From: Mosigvirus mar005p1
Length of the DNA: 64,000 nt
Strand: one strand, 5' to 3'
Sequence record: OZ035759.1
Shown here one piece after another: positions 25,567 to 33,743 of this stretch. The notes below the pieces were generated by a model, which did not search any database, had not been told where the DNA came from, and saw nothing but the letters and a program-made list of their open reading frames with translations. The stretch's first letter is position 1, and every line of letters starts with the position of its first letter. A program made the translations under genes and the position numbers.

Positions 25567-26054
25567 CTCAAATTCCTGCATTCGGTAATAAAACGTTCAA
25601 CTTCATTATTCTTGGCTTTTATCTTGTCTTTATGTTCTTGTAAACTACTTTTAACAAGATTAATAATGATGCCTACAGTACCTCCACCAATAATACCACC
25701 AACAACACTTATGATAATAGATGCTAATAAGATAGCAATAATATCAACAAAACCGAAAGAACTCACCTTAGTACTGAAAAACCATACCGACGGTACAAAT
25801 ATAATCCATCCTGTTATCCATTGGCACTTATTGAAAAACTTTTCAAGCTCAGCTTGAGTTGTTCGTATTACTTCATCGATAGGTTGATATCCATTAATGT
25901 ATCTGTTCACAATAATACCTGCTGGCTGGTCGATTTTAAATTCTTGGCAAATATGTTTCACTAAGTAGGATGGACATCCTGTCCAATCCACTGAATAGTA
26001 CGAAATACCTTCATTGCCGTCGTCTATATTAGACCAATATGTTTTGTTAATCAT
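25563..26054 (-). CDS. membrane protein (163 aa), C-terminal FITECR motif family
   Basis: Two TM helices; Gly-rich GGIIGGGTVG; C-terminus ERFITECRNLR. Confidence 0.6.
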   Translation of the reverse strand: MINKTYWSNIDDGNEGISYYSVDWTGCPSYLVKHICQEFKIDQPAGIIVNRYINGYQPIDEVIRTTQAELEKFFNKCQWITGWIIFVPSVWFFSTKVSSFGFVDIIAILLASIIISVVGGIIGGGTVGIIINLVKSSLQEHKDKIKAKNNEVERFITECRNLR

Positions 26055-26740
26055 TACCAGCCTTCCATAGGGAATTCCAGATAAACTTGGGCATTGACAC
26101 GAATTTCATTGGTAATCTTTTTAACTCGGTCTGTATTACGAGATACACGTCCGAACCAACGCCATCCGTTACTAATTGCACGAGAACCAGTGTGCCATGT
26201 TTGCCAATCAAACTGAAGAAGAGTACGATCTGGAGCTTCCCATTTCTCTAGTTCACCTTTTTCAATTTTTTCGAGGACTTCTTTGTGCCACTGGCGATAG
26301 ATAAGTTCGCCATCAGGAATCTGACTGAACTCTGCAGTTCCTGTTGCAAAATGAGTAGGACACACGTCAGCGTTAACAAGACCAAGAATATGTTCAGAAT
26401 GGTAACGAGGGTTGTCATAGTCAGGTTGTCCTGCAGTAATAAAGTGTTGACCAACTGGAATATCAGGGCGTGGAACATCGTCATGGTGATATCCAGGAAT
26501 AGCAGGGTACCAGCCAGGCATCAGCATGTGGACTCGTGAATCAAATACTACATCCGAGTCTTTCCAATCGTCAGGAAGATTTTGGATAAAGCTACGAGTA
26601 ATTGGGCCGCCATTATCAAAAGCAAAATTCAAATCGCAGTTAAAGAACATAGGCTCGTTTTTAATCTGGTCGTTTTTAATCGCATGAGCAAAACCACCTA
26701 CTGCACGAGCTTGACTATTAAACACTTTAGAACTATTCAT
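26054..26740 (-). CDS. hypothetical protein (228 aa), His/Asp-rich
   Basis: ATG; GWYPAIPGYHHDDVPRP segment; no confident family. Confidence 0.6.
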   Translation of the reverse strand: MNSSKVFNSQARAVGGFAHAIKNDQIKNEPMFFNCDLNFAFDNGGPITRSFIQNLPDDWKDSDVVFDSRVHMLMPGWYPAIPGYHHDDVPRPDIPVGQHFITAGQPDYDNPRYHSEHILGLVNADVCPTHFATGTAEFSQIPDGELIYRQWHKEVLEKIEKGELEKWEAPDRTLLQFDWQTWHTGSRAISNGWRWFGRVSRNTDRVKKITNEIRVNAQVYLEFPMEGW

Positions 26741-26741
26741 A

Positions 26742-27047
26742 TTATTTTCCTCGGCATTCTTTAATGAAATTTTCTAGATTGGTAGATTCAATAGCTTTTT
26801 TACGAGCTTCTGCGTGTTCTTCTTCGGACAATTTACGTTTATAATTGACCCAGACATTATGGTCGAAACCAGACGTGGCATATAATAACAAAGCTCCAAC
26901 GAATAGCAAAAATGGTGATAAAAATATACAACCAGGAACACCATCCATACTGTAAGCCTTTTGTAATACTGCAACAGAAAGAGTTGCGTAAAAAGGTGAT
27001 GCAAGTATTGTTAAAAGACCAATTCGATTGGTTTCTGTTAATTTCAT
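26742..27047 (-). CDS. membrane protein (101 aa), C-terminal FIKECR motif family
   Basis: Two TM helices; C-terminus ENFIKECRGK. Confidence 0.55.
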   Translation of the reverse strand: MKLTETNRIGLLTILASPFYATLSVAVLQKAYSMDGVPGCIFLSPFLLFVGALLLYATSGFDHNVWVNYKRKLSEEEHAEARKKAIESTNLENFIKECRGK

Positions 27048-27068
27048 AATATTCTCCTCATGTTTTAA

Positions 27069-27105
27069 TAGGACTACTATAACATAGTCCTATAATTGTG
27101 TAAAC
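27069..27105 (-). promoter_or_regulatory. early promoter with TAGGACTA palindrome (copy 2)
   Basis: Same module upstream of the 26742-27047 gene. Confidence 0.6.
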
Positions 27106-27117
27106 AGTTTTGTGAAG

Positions 27118-28074
27118 TTATTTGAAAGGTTTTACCATATGGAAATTTTGTTTGAAACGTTTGACGTAATCATTTTTGCCGAGCTTATGATACATAGCCA
27201 CTACTTCATAATAGTTCTCGTATGCGTACTCACGGAACCAACCAGAGGTGATGCTTGTGCAGACTTTTTCTAATGCCATCATGAAACTGGCTTCAGGGTT
27301 AATTTTAAAGTCATTAGGAATCTGAGAACGTTCTAACGCTAGTACACATGATTCTTCGTATACGCCGGCCAATTTGACCATTTCTGGTAATGATTCGAAC
27401 TTCTCGCGTGAGGTCATGACTTCAGAACCATCTTTCATATAAAATGTATACGCTGGACGGTCTGTTAGTGCAATGGCTTCATGAATAGTATCATGGTCAT
27501 ATGTATAGATGTCATCTTTAAAGAACGCACTTTTAGAAGTGTCAAGAACTGGGTGAGCATAATTCAAGGTTTCTTTCTGGCGTTTCAGCATAATTTCAGT
27601 AAGTTCATCGTTCAGTGTAACACCTTTACCACGAAGATACTGAATATGGTTCATAGTCTTTAAAAAGAATGGATTATTTTTCTTGAAACGATGAGACATC
27701 TTAATTGCAAGACATATCTCGGGAGTTGCCCAGTAAAACCCGTTCAAACGGTCTTTAGTCAAATTTTTCTTGGCATATTTTAAAAGGTCATAAGAAGACG
27801 TGAAATCTTCAGGAGTGAGTTCACCAACTAATTCACGGACATTAGTGATTGCCGGAACAATATATGCTTCAAAATGAGTTTCGCGTCCATTATGGAAGCA
27901 TTTGAAAACTTGGACATCAGGGTTATCTTGGTGAACATATACACCCATCATTTGATTTTTGAATGCATTCCAAGAACATTGGTCCGCAATAAAGTCCCAA
28001 TCACTATTTTTGATAGCGCTAGAATCAATAAGACCGTGATAGTGAAGTGCACGAGAACCAATAACTAACAACAT
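27118..28074 (-). CDS. hypothetical protein (318 aa)
   Basis: ATG with GAGGAAA SD; N-terminal GSRALHYHGLIDSSAIKNSDWDF loosely resembles a nucleotidyltransferase motif. Confidence 0.6.
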   Translation of the reverse strand: MLLVIGSRALHYHGLIDSSAIKNSDWDFIADQCSWNAFKNQMMGVYVHQDNPDVQVFKCFHNGRETHFEAYIVPAITNVRELVGELTPEDFTSSYDLLKYAKKNLTKDRLNGFYWATPEICLAIKMSHRFKKNNPFFLKTMNHIQYLRGKGVTLNDELTEIMLKRQKETLNYAHPVLDTSKSAFFKDDIYTYDHDTIHEAIALTDRPAYTFYMKDGSEVMTSREKFESLPEMVKLAGVYEESCVLALERSQIPNDFKINPEASFMMALEKVCTSITSGWFREYAYENYYEVVAMYHKLGKNDYVKRFKQNFHMVKPFK

Positions 28075-28102
28075 AATATTTTCCTCGGATTAATTCATTA
28101 AC

Positions 28103-28354
28103 TTAAATTTCACGACATGCGATATTATATTCATCCCAGAGGTCATCATGTGAAGCCTCTACCAATGGAACGATTGTACCGTTTATGTCTTCATTATAAG
28201 GGCAAATTGTACAGTGCGCATCTTCGAATCGGATGCCTTTGTGTTCAGATTTTTTATAACGCATATCGAATATCTTTGCAAACTTTTCACGAGTAATGGT
28301 TTTACCAACCACTTTGGTTCCGATACTTTCGTAATAAATCATTGTGGACTCCAT
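28103..28354 (-). CDS. hypothetical protein (83 aa)
   Basis: ORF; own early promoter at 28363-28399. Confidence 0.5.
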   Translation of the reverse strand: MESTMIYYESIGTKVVGKTITREKFAKIFDMRYKKSEHKGIRFEDAHCTICPYNEDINGTIVPLVEASHDDLWDEYNIACREI

Positions 28355-28362
28355 TTGTTTTG

Positions 28363-28399
28363 ATAGGACTACTATAACATAGCCCTATCTTGTTGTAAA
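28363..28399 (-). promoter_or_regulatory. early promoter with TAGGACTA palindrome (copy 3, one mismatch)
   Basis: Same module upstream of the 28103-28354 gene. Confidence 0.6.
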
Positions 28400-28404
28400 C
28401 TGTT

Positions 28405-28602
28405 TTAGCAAGAATAACTAGATGATACCCAGCCTTGAACAGTGATACTATTGTGGGATAATGAGATCGCGTCCTGGAGATTCAGACCTGCGTTATCTTC
28501 AATCCATAATGTAACTTCTTCGCGTTCTTCTGTTGCAATTTGGAACAGGTTTTCCAGAGCAGCTACTGCCGTACGTACAGCACAATCTAATTCACGAGAC
28601 AT
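28405..28602 (-). CDS. small protein, WVSSS-x-C family paralog 1 (65 aa)
   Basis: C-terminus QGWVSSSYSC. Confidence 0.5.
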   Translation of the reverse strand: MSRELDCAVRTAVAALENLFQIATEEREEVTLWIEDNAGLNLQDAISLSHNSITVQGWVSSSYSC

Positions 28603-28611
28603 ATTGTTTCC

Positions 28612-28884
28612 TTAGCAAGTGTGAGAAGATGCGACCCAACCACCAGTTTCGAGGCTCAGGTTGTAGTCGTATTGGTAAACGTCGGCCCATTCAGCATAGC
28701 CGTTTTTTGTACAACGTTCAAGATCGGCTTTAAGATGTCCGGGTGAATGATAGGTTCCACCCATACCATAAGCTGGATACAAGTCGAATGTTGTGTTTTG
28801 TTTATCAGCAATTTCTTTGGCAGCCTCAATAGCAGCATAGATTTTTGCTACAGCTTCAGCCAGTTCGGTTTGTTCTTTAGACAT
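28612..28884 (-). CDS. small protein, WVSSS-x-C family paralog 2 (90 aa)
   Basis: C-terminus GGWVASSHTC; stop inside TAAGGAA SD of next gene. Confidence 0.55.
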   Translation of the reverse strand: MSKEQTELAEAVAKIYAAIEAAKEIADKQNTTFDLYPAYGMGGTYHSPGHLKADLERCTKNGYAEWADVYQYDYNLSLETGGWVASSHTC

Positions 28885-28893
28885 AATGATTCC

Positions 28894-29199
28894 TTAGCAC
28901 AACGCAGAAGACGAAACCCAAGCACCTTCAGTAATAACGTAACCATTACCTTCACGCTTAACATCGCCACCATTATTTTCAATTTCATCTTTCATCCACT
29001 GGGATACGATTTCACCCTTAGGATAATAAGTACGACCGCTACCATAATCACCTACAGAAAACGATACTGCATATTGGTCTGCGATCTTTGTTGCTTCTTC
29101 TTCGATACGTTCAGCTTGATTCAGAAGTTTATAAATTGCATCTGAAGCAGATTTGGCATCATTAAACTCTGGTACTTTAATTTCAATAATCTTACTCAT
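28894..29199 (-). CDS. small protein, WVSSS-x-C family paralog 3 (101 aa)
   Basis: C-terminus GAWVSSSALC; shares G(S/G)GRTYYPKG / GMGGTYHSPG region with paralog 2. Confidence 0.55.
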   Translation of the reverse strand: MSKIIEIKVPEFNDAKSASDAIYKLLNQAERIEEEATKIADQYAVSFSVGDYGSGRTYYPKGEIVSQWMKDEIENNGGDVKREGNGYVITEGAWVSSSALC

Positions 29200-29555
29200 T
29201 TTCTACATTCCTTAATAAAGTTTTCGATTGTTTCATTTTCACGTCTAGCTAGGAGTTCATTATAACTAATCATTTGAGAAGCGTAAACCTTTTTATTTTT
29301 CTTGTTATGGTTTATAAAATCATAGTAAAAATAGACTACAGTACAAAATGATGCGATGGATGCAAAGGCTTGGGTATACCGTAAGTCCTGCCATTGGTCT
29401 GTGAATCCGCCGGTATTCCCTATAAATCCTAACACAACTCCGTCAATAAGAAATCCAACTAATCCAAAGGCAAATCCCATGCCAATACCCATAATAAAAA
29501 TTAGAATGTTCTCACCAAGAGAAGGCCATACGGTTAAGAGTTGAGGCTTTTGCAT
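29196..29555 (-). CDS. membrane protein (119 aa), C-terminal FIKECR motif family
   Basis: Gly-rich TM helices; C-terminus ENFIKECRK. Confidence 0.55.
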   Translation of the reverse strand: MQKPQLLTVWPSLGENILIFIMGIGMGFAFGLVGFLIDGVVLGFIGNTGGFTDQWQDLRYTQAFASIASFCTVVYFYYDFINHNKKNKKVYASQMISYNELLARRENETIENFIKECRK

Positions 29556-29929
29556 CTTATTTCCTTAACGAATTCCATAGCTTCTTCATATTCATACTTT
29601 TTAACAGCTTCATCATACTGAGCTTGGGCTTTTGCGCACTGAACTTTCCATTCTCTTAATCGGGCTCTGTGATGACGGCCTTGGTGCCAATATCCCACCC
29701 AATTAATAGGCATTAATAAAAACGGTACAATAAGTGGTGCGACGAACATTAATGAAAATGCTGCATCAGACGATATAACTTTATTGGAATCTAAAACAGC
29801 TCCTATAATCATAAAGATTAAAAATGCTAAAGCTAAAATAGGGCCAAATAGTACTTCGTTTGGGATTAATTTACGTTTGTATTCGTATGCCCAGGGCTTA
29901 ATTGGCATGTACAGGGTTGGCTTTGACAT
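29534..29929 (-). CDS. membrane protein (131 aa)
   Basis: ATG at 29927-29929 (MSKPTLYMPIK); two TM helices; C-terminus EFVKEIRCK. Confidence 0.5.
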   Translation of the reverse strand: MSKPTLYMPIKPWAYEYKRKLIPNEVLFGPILALAFLIFMIIGAVLDSNKVISSDAAFSLMFVAPLIVPFLLMPINWVGYWHQGRHHRARLREWKVQCAKAQAQYDEAVKKYEYEEAMEFVKEIRCKSLNS

Positions 29930-30494
29930 ATTCTCTACATTCCATAATAAATTGCTCAAGGATTAAATTGTTAGTGAAATTAGGACTAACAACCATAGTT
30001 TCATAAAGCGCATCAATAGCACTTAAAGCATCAACTCTTTTAAGCAAAGGCTTGCCTTCATACATAGTTTCAGAATCGACGATTAAAGTGAAGTAGTATT
30101 TTTTATTATTGACCAGAACTTCTGTATCAATATAAAACATGTTAGACCTTAAAAGCTTGTCTCTAAAACCATAATAATCTTTAGAGCGTTCGCTGATATA
30201 TTCCCATTCAGTGTTTAAACAACAAACAGACCATGTAGGAGCAACGAAATCGGTGAATCTAATATCATGGTCTGCAACTAGTTTAGCAATAGCTCCGATA
30301 TCATGAATCATAATACCTGGGGCTAATAAAGATTTTCGGTTATTTGCATATTCAGTTGTCTCATAAGAAGACGACCAGTACCATTTACGTCCAGTTGCAA
30401 CATATCGTAATGAATCAACTAAAGACGTAGGTGGATTTACCTTATCTCGGAACTCTTCGAACATTGAGTCAATATCATTATTTTGGTTTCGCAT
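29898..30494 (-). CDS. hypothetical protein (198 aa), C-terminal FIMECR motif
   Basis: ATG at 30492-30494 with AAGGAG SD; C-terminus EQFIMECREYV overlaps next gene start. Confidence 0.55.
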   Translation of the reverse strand: MRNQNNDIDSMFEEFRDKVNPPTSLVDSLRYVATGRKWYWSSSYETTEYANNRKSLLAPGIMIHDIGAIAKLVADHDIRFTDFVAPTWSVCCLNTEWEYISERSKDYYGFRDKLLRSNMFYIDTEVLVNNKKYYFTLIVDSETMYEGKPLLKRVDALSAIDALYETMVVSPNFTNNLILEQFIMECREYVKANPVHAN

Positions 30495-30510
30495 GTTAAC
30501 TCCTTTATTA

Positions 30511-30534
30511 TCCAAAAGGAGGACCGGAGTCCTC
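30511..30534 (-). terminator. rho-independent terminator after coiled-coil gene
   Basis: Minus strand GGAGGACTCCGGTCCTCC followed by TTTTGG. Confidence 0.5.
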
Positions 30535-30543
30535 CGTATTATT

Positions 30544-31137
30544 TTATTTCAAAGAGTTAATATATTCTTGTACATCAGCAGAAGTGGTTTCGACACCGGC
30601 TGGAGTGCCATTGAACGTTTCAACACGAGTTAGAGTGTCTTCGATATCAACCTTAGTCAGTGCAGCGATTTCAATTACATCATCGGCCGTAGAGATACCA
30701 AGGGCATTGGCTGCTCGAGTTTCACGAATGTATTCAAGTTTGATTGCCAGGTTCTGACGAGCATCATCAAGTTCAACCACCTTACGAGCAATTTCAATTC
30801 GCATAGCGGCATACCCGTCAGCTTTTGTATTAAGTTGTTCGGCAGTTCGACGATACAGAAGACCAAGCTTAGCATGCATAGTAACATCTTGTCCTTCGGC
30901 CAGGAGCTTACGAATTTCACGTTCCTTAGAAGCGGCTTGCTTGTTCTTTTCATTAACAAGTTCGCGAATACGTTTTTCTTCATTAATAGATTTAACAGAA
31001 GCCGTTTTTAGTTCTTTGATTTGGGTAATCAACTTATCTGCAGCTGCGTTATACTGTTCTTCGACAGTCAGATTTTTAGCCATAGCAGTACCCAGTTTAG
31101 TGCGGATGAATTCAACAAGTTTCTTCAGTGTGTTCAT
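30544..31137 (-). CDS. coiled-coil protein (197 aa)
   Basis: ATG at 31135-31137 (MNTLKKL); predicted long alpha-helical coiled coil; hairpin terminator downstream. Confidence 0.6.
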   Translation of the reverse strand: MNTLKKLVEFIRTKLGTAMAKNLTVEEQYNAAADKLITQIKELKTASVKSINEEKRIRELVNEKNKQAASKEREIRKLLAEGQDVTMHAKLGLLYRRTAEQLNTKADGYAAMRIEIARKVVELDDARQNLAIKLEYIRETRAANALGISTADDVIEIAALTKVDIEDTLTRVETFNGTPAGVETTSADVQEYINSLK

Positions 31138-31178
31138 ATTATTACCTTTCAATTGGTGGTTTATTATCCAACGAGAGC

Positions 31179-31207
31179 ATTATACTCTGCTCTCAAGAGT
31201 TTGTAAA
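31179..31207 (-). promoter_or_regulatory. early promoter (TTTACA-N17-TATAAT) with GAGAG/CTCTC inverted repeat flanking the -10
   Basis: Near-duplicate of the 1645-1673 region; upstream of the coiled-coil gene. Confidence 0.5.
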
Positions 31208-31435
31208 TTATTTTTTAATCAAATTGACATAAAACTTGGCGTCTTCAGGGTGCATACCTTCGCAGTATTCTTCAACCATGAACTTCTTAACAGCTTCATA
31301 AGGACCACTCAGATTAAGCTCAGTTGTCCAGAACTTGGAATCTTGGACTGAATCGATACGAACTTCAGGGTGGCGGTTGCGAATAACTTCTTCGGTGTAT
31401 TCATAATCAACGACATCAATACTAACTTTAGCCAT
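31208..31435 (-). CDS. hypothetical protein (75 aa)
   Basis: ORF with ATG. Confidence 0.5.
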   Translation of the reverse strand: MAKVSIDVVDYEYTEEVIRNRHPEVRIDSVQDSKFWTTELNLSGPYEAVKKFMVEEYCEGMHPEDAKFYVNLIKK

Positions 31436-31496
31436 TTTGTTTTCCTCTTGATTTGATGTGATTACTATAACATAAACTTACTTAGATGTAAATTAT

Positions 31497-31645
31497 TTCA
31501 ACGTCACCTTTAGCTGCTTTATAACCTTCAGCCCAAGATACAACAGAGTTTTTATCTGAGGATTCAAATTCAGGCATTGGACTTTCACCAATATTCACAC
31601 AGTACGTTTCTTCATTTTCATCGAACCAAATAATTAAAGTAGTCA
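31497..31645 (-). CDS. hypothetical small protein (49 aa)
   Basis: Not in ORF track (under 60 aa); ATG at 31643-31645 with GAGGAGTAAACAAA upstream; translation MTTLIIWFDENEETYCV... Confidence 0.3.
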
Positions 31646-31714
31646 TTTTGTTTACTCCTCTGTAGTTGATAAGTCTATAGTATCACCGTCCTTGGTGCTT
31701 GTACATCGTTATTT

Positions 31715-32020
31715 TTAATTTTTCCAACTTAACAACTTGTAGTGTCCTTCATTCATACGTGGTTTATCCCAAGAAATACTAATATATGATTCGCTGTCAA
31801 TAGAAGTCGCCGGGTTTTTCTCTACCGTAAGACCTTCACTTTCCAGCCATTCAATAGTATTTGCGCATAAATCGGAAGAACACCTCATCGGGAACCGGCA
31901 AGATTTTTCACCTTTAGCCGCAGTGTTATACATCTTTTCTAAAATACGCTTTTGCACGTTTTTAAAAATAGTTTCAGCAGATTCTTCAGATTTTTTATTC
32001 AGTTCAGTGTAAAGACTCAT
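31715..32020 (-). CDS. hypothetical protein (101 aa)
   Basis: ORF with ATG; five Cys. Confidence 0.5.
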   Translation of the reverse strand: MSLYTELNKKSEESAETIFKNVQKRILEKMYNTAAKGEKSCRFPMRCSSDLCANTIEWLESEGLTVEKNPATSIDSESYISISWDKPRMNEGHYKLLSWKN

Positions 32021-32089
32021 AATATTCTCCTCATGTTTTTATAGGTCTATAGTAACACATCCCGGGAAGAAGTAAACAACTTTTTCAGT

Positions 32090-32124
32090 AAGTTATAAAC
32101 CCCCTAAAGGGGACCGAAGTCCCC
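32090..32124 (-). terminator. hairpin (GGGGAC-CGAA-GTCCCC) after IPIII-like gene
   Basis: Near-copy of the 14141-14180 element. Confidence 0.4.
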
Positions 32125-32129
32125 ATTCT

Positions 32130-32756
32130 TTACTTACGAGTTTTTGCATACTGAGCAGCGTCAGCAGCCAAACGACCTGCCTGACGAAGTTTTTCTTTAA
32201 TCGCATCGTGAAGTGGTTGAGTGTACTTCAAACCTTCGATAGTCAAATAAAGACGATAAAGGTCCGGGGTATCAAGGTTGTTGATATGTTGGCCATTACG
32301 AAGACTATTGAATTCACGAACGAGTGAAGATGTATCGGATTCAATATCACGAACAAGCGAAGATAGTTGTTTATATTTTTTTTCCAGGCTAGAAGTATCA
32401 AACTTAAGAGCAGGAGCTTTAGGAGTTGCTTTTACTTCCGGCTTAGGCTCAGGTTTTGTTATTGCTTTAGGGGTCGCAGGTTTAGGAATGGTAGGAGCAG
32501 GTTTTACTTTAGGCGAACCCGATTTAGCAGAAACACCACCACTAACAATATCTTTGAATGCTTTAGAAGCTCTGTAATATTCTTTTTGGCTGGAAGTGTC
32601 GATACCGTACATGGCTTGAACGTTTTTGAAAAACTCTGTACTAGTTTTTGTACCAGAAATAGCATCGTAAGCAGCTTGCCATTTCTCTTTTGTCATACGT
32701 ACGCCGGCTTCGGTGATTACTTCCGTTTCGGCTAAAAATTCATTAAAAGTATACAT
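32130..32756 (-). CDS. internal (capsid-targeted) protein, IPIII-like (208 aa)
   Basis: N-terminal MYTFNEFLAE resembles the capsid targeting sequence; Pro/Lys-rich middle; late TATAAATA upstream. Confidence 0.6.
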   Translation of the reverse strand: MYTFNEFLAETEVITEAGVRMTKEKWQAAYDAISGTKTSTEFFKNVQAMYGIDTSSQKEYYRASKAFKDIVSGGVSAKSGSPKVKPAPTIPKPATPKAITKPEPKPEVKATPKAPALKFDTSSLEKKYKQLSSLVRDIESDTSSLVREFNSLRNGQHINNLDTPDLYRLYLTIEGLKYTQPLHDAIKEKLRQAGRLAADAAQYAKTRK

Positions 32757-32791
32757 TGATGGTCCTTAGAAAGTAGGCTTATTGTTTACTA

Positions 32792-32799
32792 TATTTATA
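32792..32799 (-). promoter_or_regulatory. late promoter (TATAAATA) for IPIII-like gene
   Basis: Exact consensus on minus strand, just downstream of terminator hairpin, about 36 nt upstream of the ATG at 32756. Confidence 0.55.
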
Positions 32800-32830
32800 C
32801 AAAAAAAGCCCCAACCTTTCGGAAGGGGCT
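32800..32830 (-). terminator. rho-independent terminator after tRNA/stable-RNA region
   Basis: Minus strand AGCCCCTTCCGAAAGGTTGGGGCT followed by TTTTTTT; near-identical to the rI terminator. Confidence 0.65.
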
Positions 32831-32872
32831 ATACACCTTGTCGGGGTTTCCACCTACTAAGGCAAGTGTTTG

Positions 32873-32963
32873 TACGAAACGCTGGGATTTGAACCCAGTT
32901 ATTAAGTAGTTGACGCTACTCAATATTTTTAAAAGGCCATATCTCGACCATATCCGAACGTTC
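32873..32963 (-). ncRNA. tRNA-like structured RNA (possible homolog of T4 stable RNAs rnaC/rnaD)
   Basis: Minus strand has T-arm-like CTGGGTTCAAATCCCAG and a 7-bp acceptor-like pairing (CGGAACG/CGTTTCG), but the interior forms a 10-bp hairpin, not a canonical cloverleaf; no CCA encoded. Confidence 0.3.
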
Positions 32964-33133
32964 CGTCAAAAACGCTACTCGGCTTACGGCAAAGATATTT
33001 CCTCGAATCGATAATTCGGTGCGCCGTTTCTGCTGTGATGTAAGGGGATATTAACAAATCGTAAAGATTTATTAAGACCAGTCCTTACTCAGGGAACATC
33101 AGTCCGACGACTTGCCGGTAGCGACCCGGCTTC

Positions 33134-33478
33134 TTATTTTGACATATCATCAATTTGCTCTCGACGCCGACGCCATAGATTAATCGCTTCATTACCACAT
33201 TCGGCGTTTGGTATATGACGGCAATAATATAATGATTCGCGTTTCTGGAACCGATGTTGCAATGGGATTTCGTTTAAAAGGTCTTTACGATCAAAGTATT
33301 CAAAACTAGTTAACCCAGAACGGTTTTTAATGAACTTCCAATGTCCAAATTCATTTTGAACATAGATGTAATCGGCATGCTGATACAGCGAATTAATCAA
33401 TCGGTCTGAAATAACTGTATCGTGTTCGTTAAAATAAAACGTTAAATCATGAACTACTAAGTAAACATTACCTTTCAT
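33134..33478 (-). CDS. hypothetical protein (114 aa) between tRNAs and tRNA-like RNA
   Basis: ATG at 33476-33478 (MKGNVYLVV) with GAGGAAA SD; the longer track ORF would overlap tRNA-Arg. Confidence 0.5.
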   Translation of the reverse strand: MKGNVYLVVHDLTFYFNEHDTVISDRLINSLYQHADYIYVQNEFGHWKFIKNRSGLTSFEYFDRKDLLNEIPLQHRFQKRESLYYCRHIPNAECGNEAINLWRRRREQIDDMSK

Positions 33479-33496
33479 ATTTTCCTCACTTGAAGT

Positions 33497-33573
<77 letters not shown>

Positions 33574-33576
33574 GAT

Positions 33577-33653
33577 TGGTGACCCAGACCAGATTCGAAC
33601 TGGTAACCTTTCCCTTATGAGGGGACTGCTGCTAACCATTGAGCTACAGGGCC
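33577..33653 (-). tRNA. tRNA with anticodon CAU (Met or lysidine-modified Ile)
   Basis: Acceptor GGCCCTG/CTGGGTC (one T-T mismatch), anticodon loop CTCATAA, T-arm ACCAG-TTCGAAT-CTGGT, 3' ACCA encoded; D-arm atypical. Confidence 0.6.
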
Positions 33654-33716
33654 TAAATAACTTTCTATTATGAAAGGCACTTTAGAGCACCTTTGGTAAT
33701 AGAGGGTATGAATTAA

Positions 33717-33743
33717 TAATAACACATAATTCTTAAAGCAAAT
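33717..33743 (-). promoter_or_regulatory. possible MotA-dependent middle promoter for the tRNA cluster
   Basis: Minus strand ATTTGCTTTAA (MotA-box-like) then 11 nt then TATTAT, about 55 nt upstream of the first tRNA. Confidence 0.4.

Noticed and set aside
28747-29145. Plus-strand ORF (132 aa) across the WVSSS-family genes
   Set aside because: Antisense to three translationally coupled minus-strand genes; hydrophobic low-complexity product; no promoter or SD.
32367-32735. Plus-strand ORF (122 aa) rich in Arg/Phe inside the IPIII-like gene
   Set aside because: Antisense shadow of a Pro/Lys-rich coding region; implausible composition.
32873-32963. Calling the tRNA-like element a third canonical tRNA
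   Set aside because: The interior forms a 10-bp hairpin with a 6-nt loop and cannot be folded into D- and anticodon arms by hand; kept only as a low-confidence structured RNA.
33114-33140. Hairpin plus T-run that looks like a plus-strand intrinsic terminator (GCCGG-TAGCGAC-CCGGC-TTCTTATTTT)
   Set aside because: There is no plus-strand gene to terminate in this minus-strand block; more likely an RNA structure at the 3' end of the 33134-33478 transcript.
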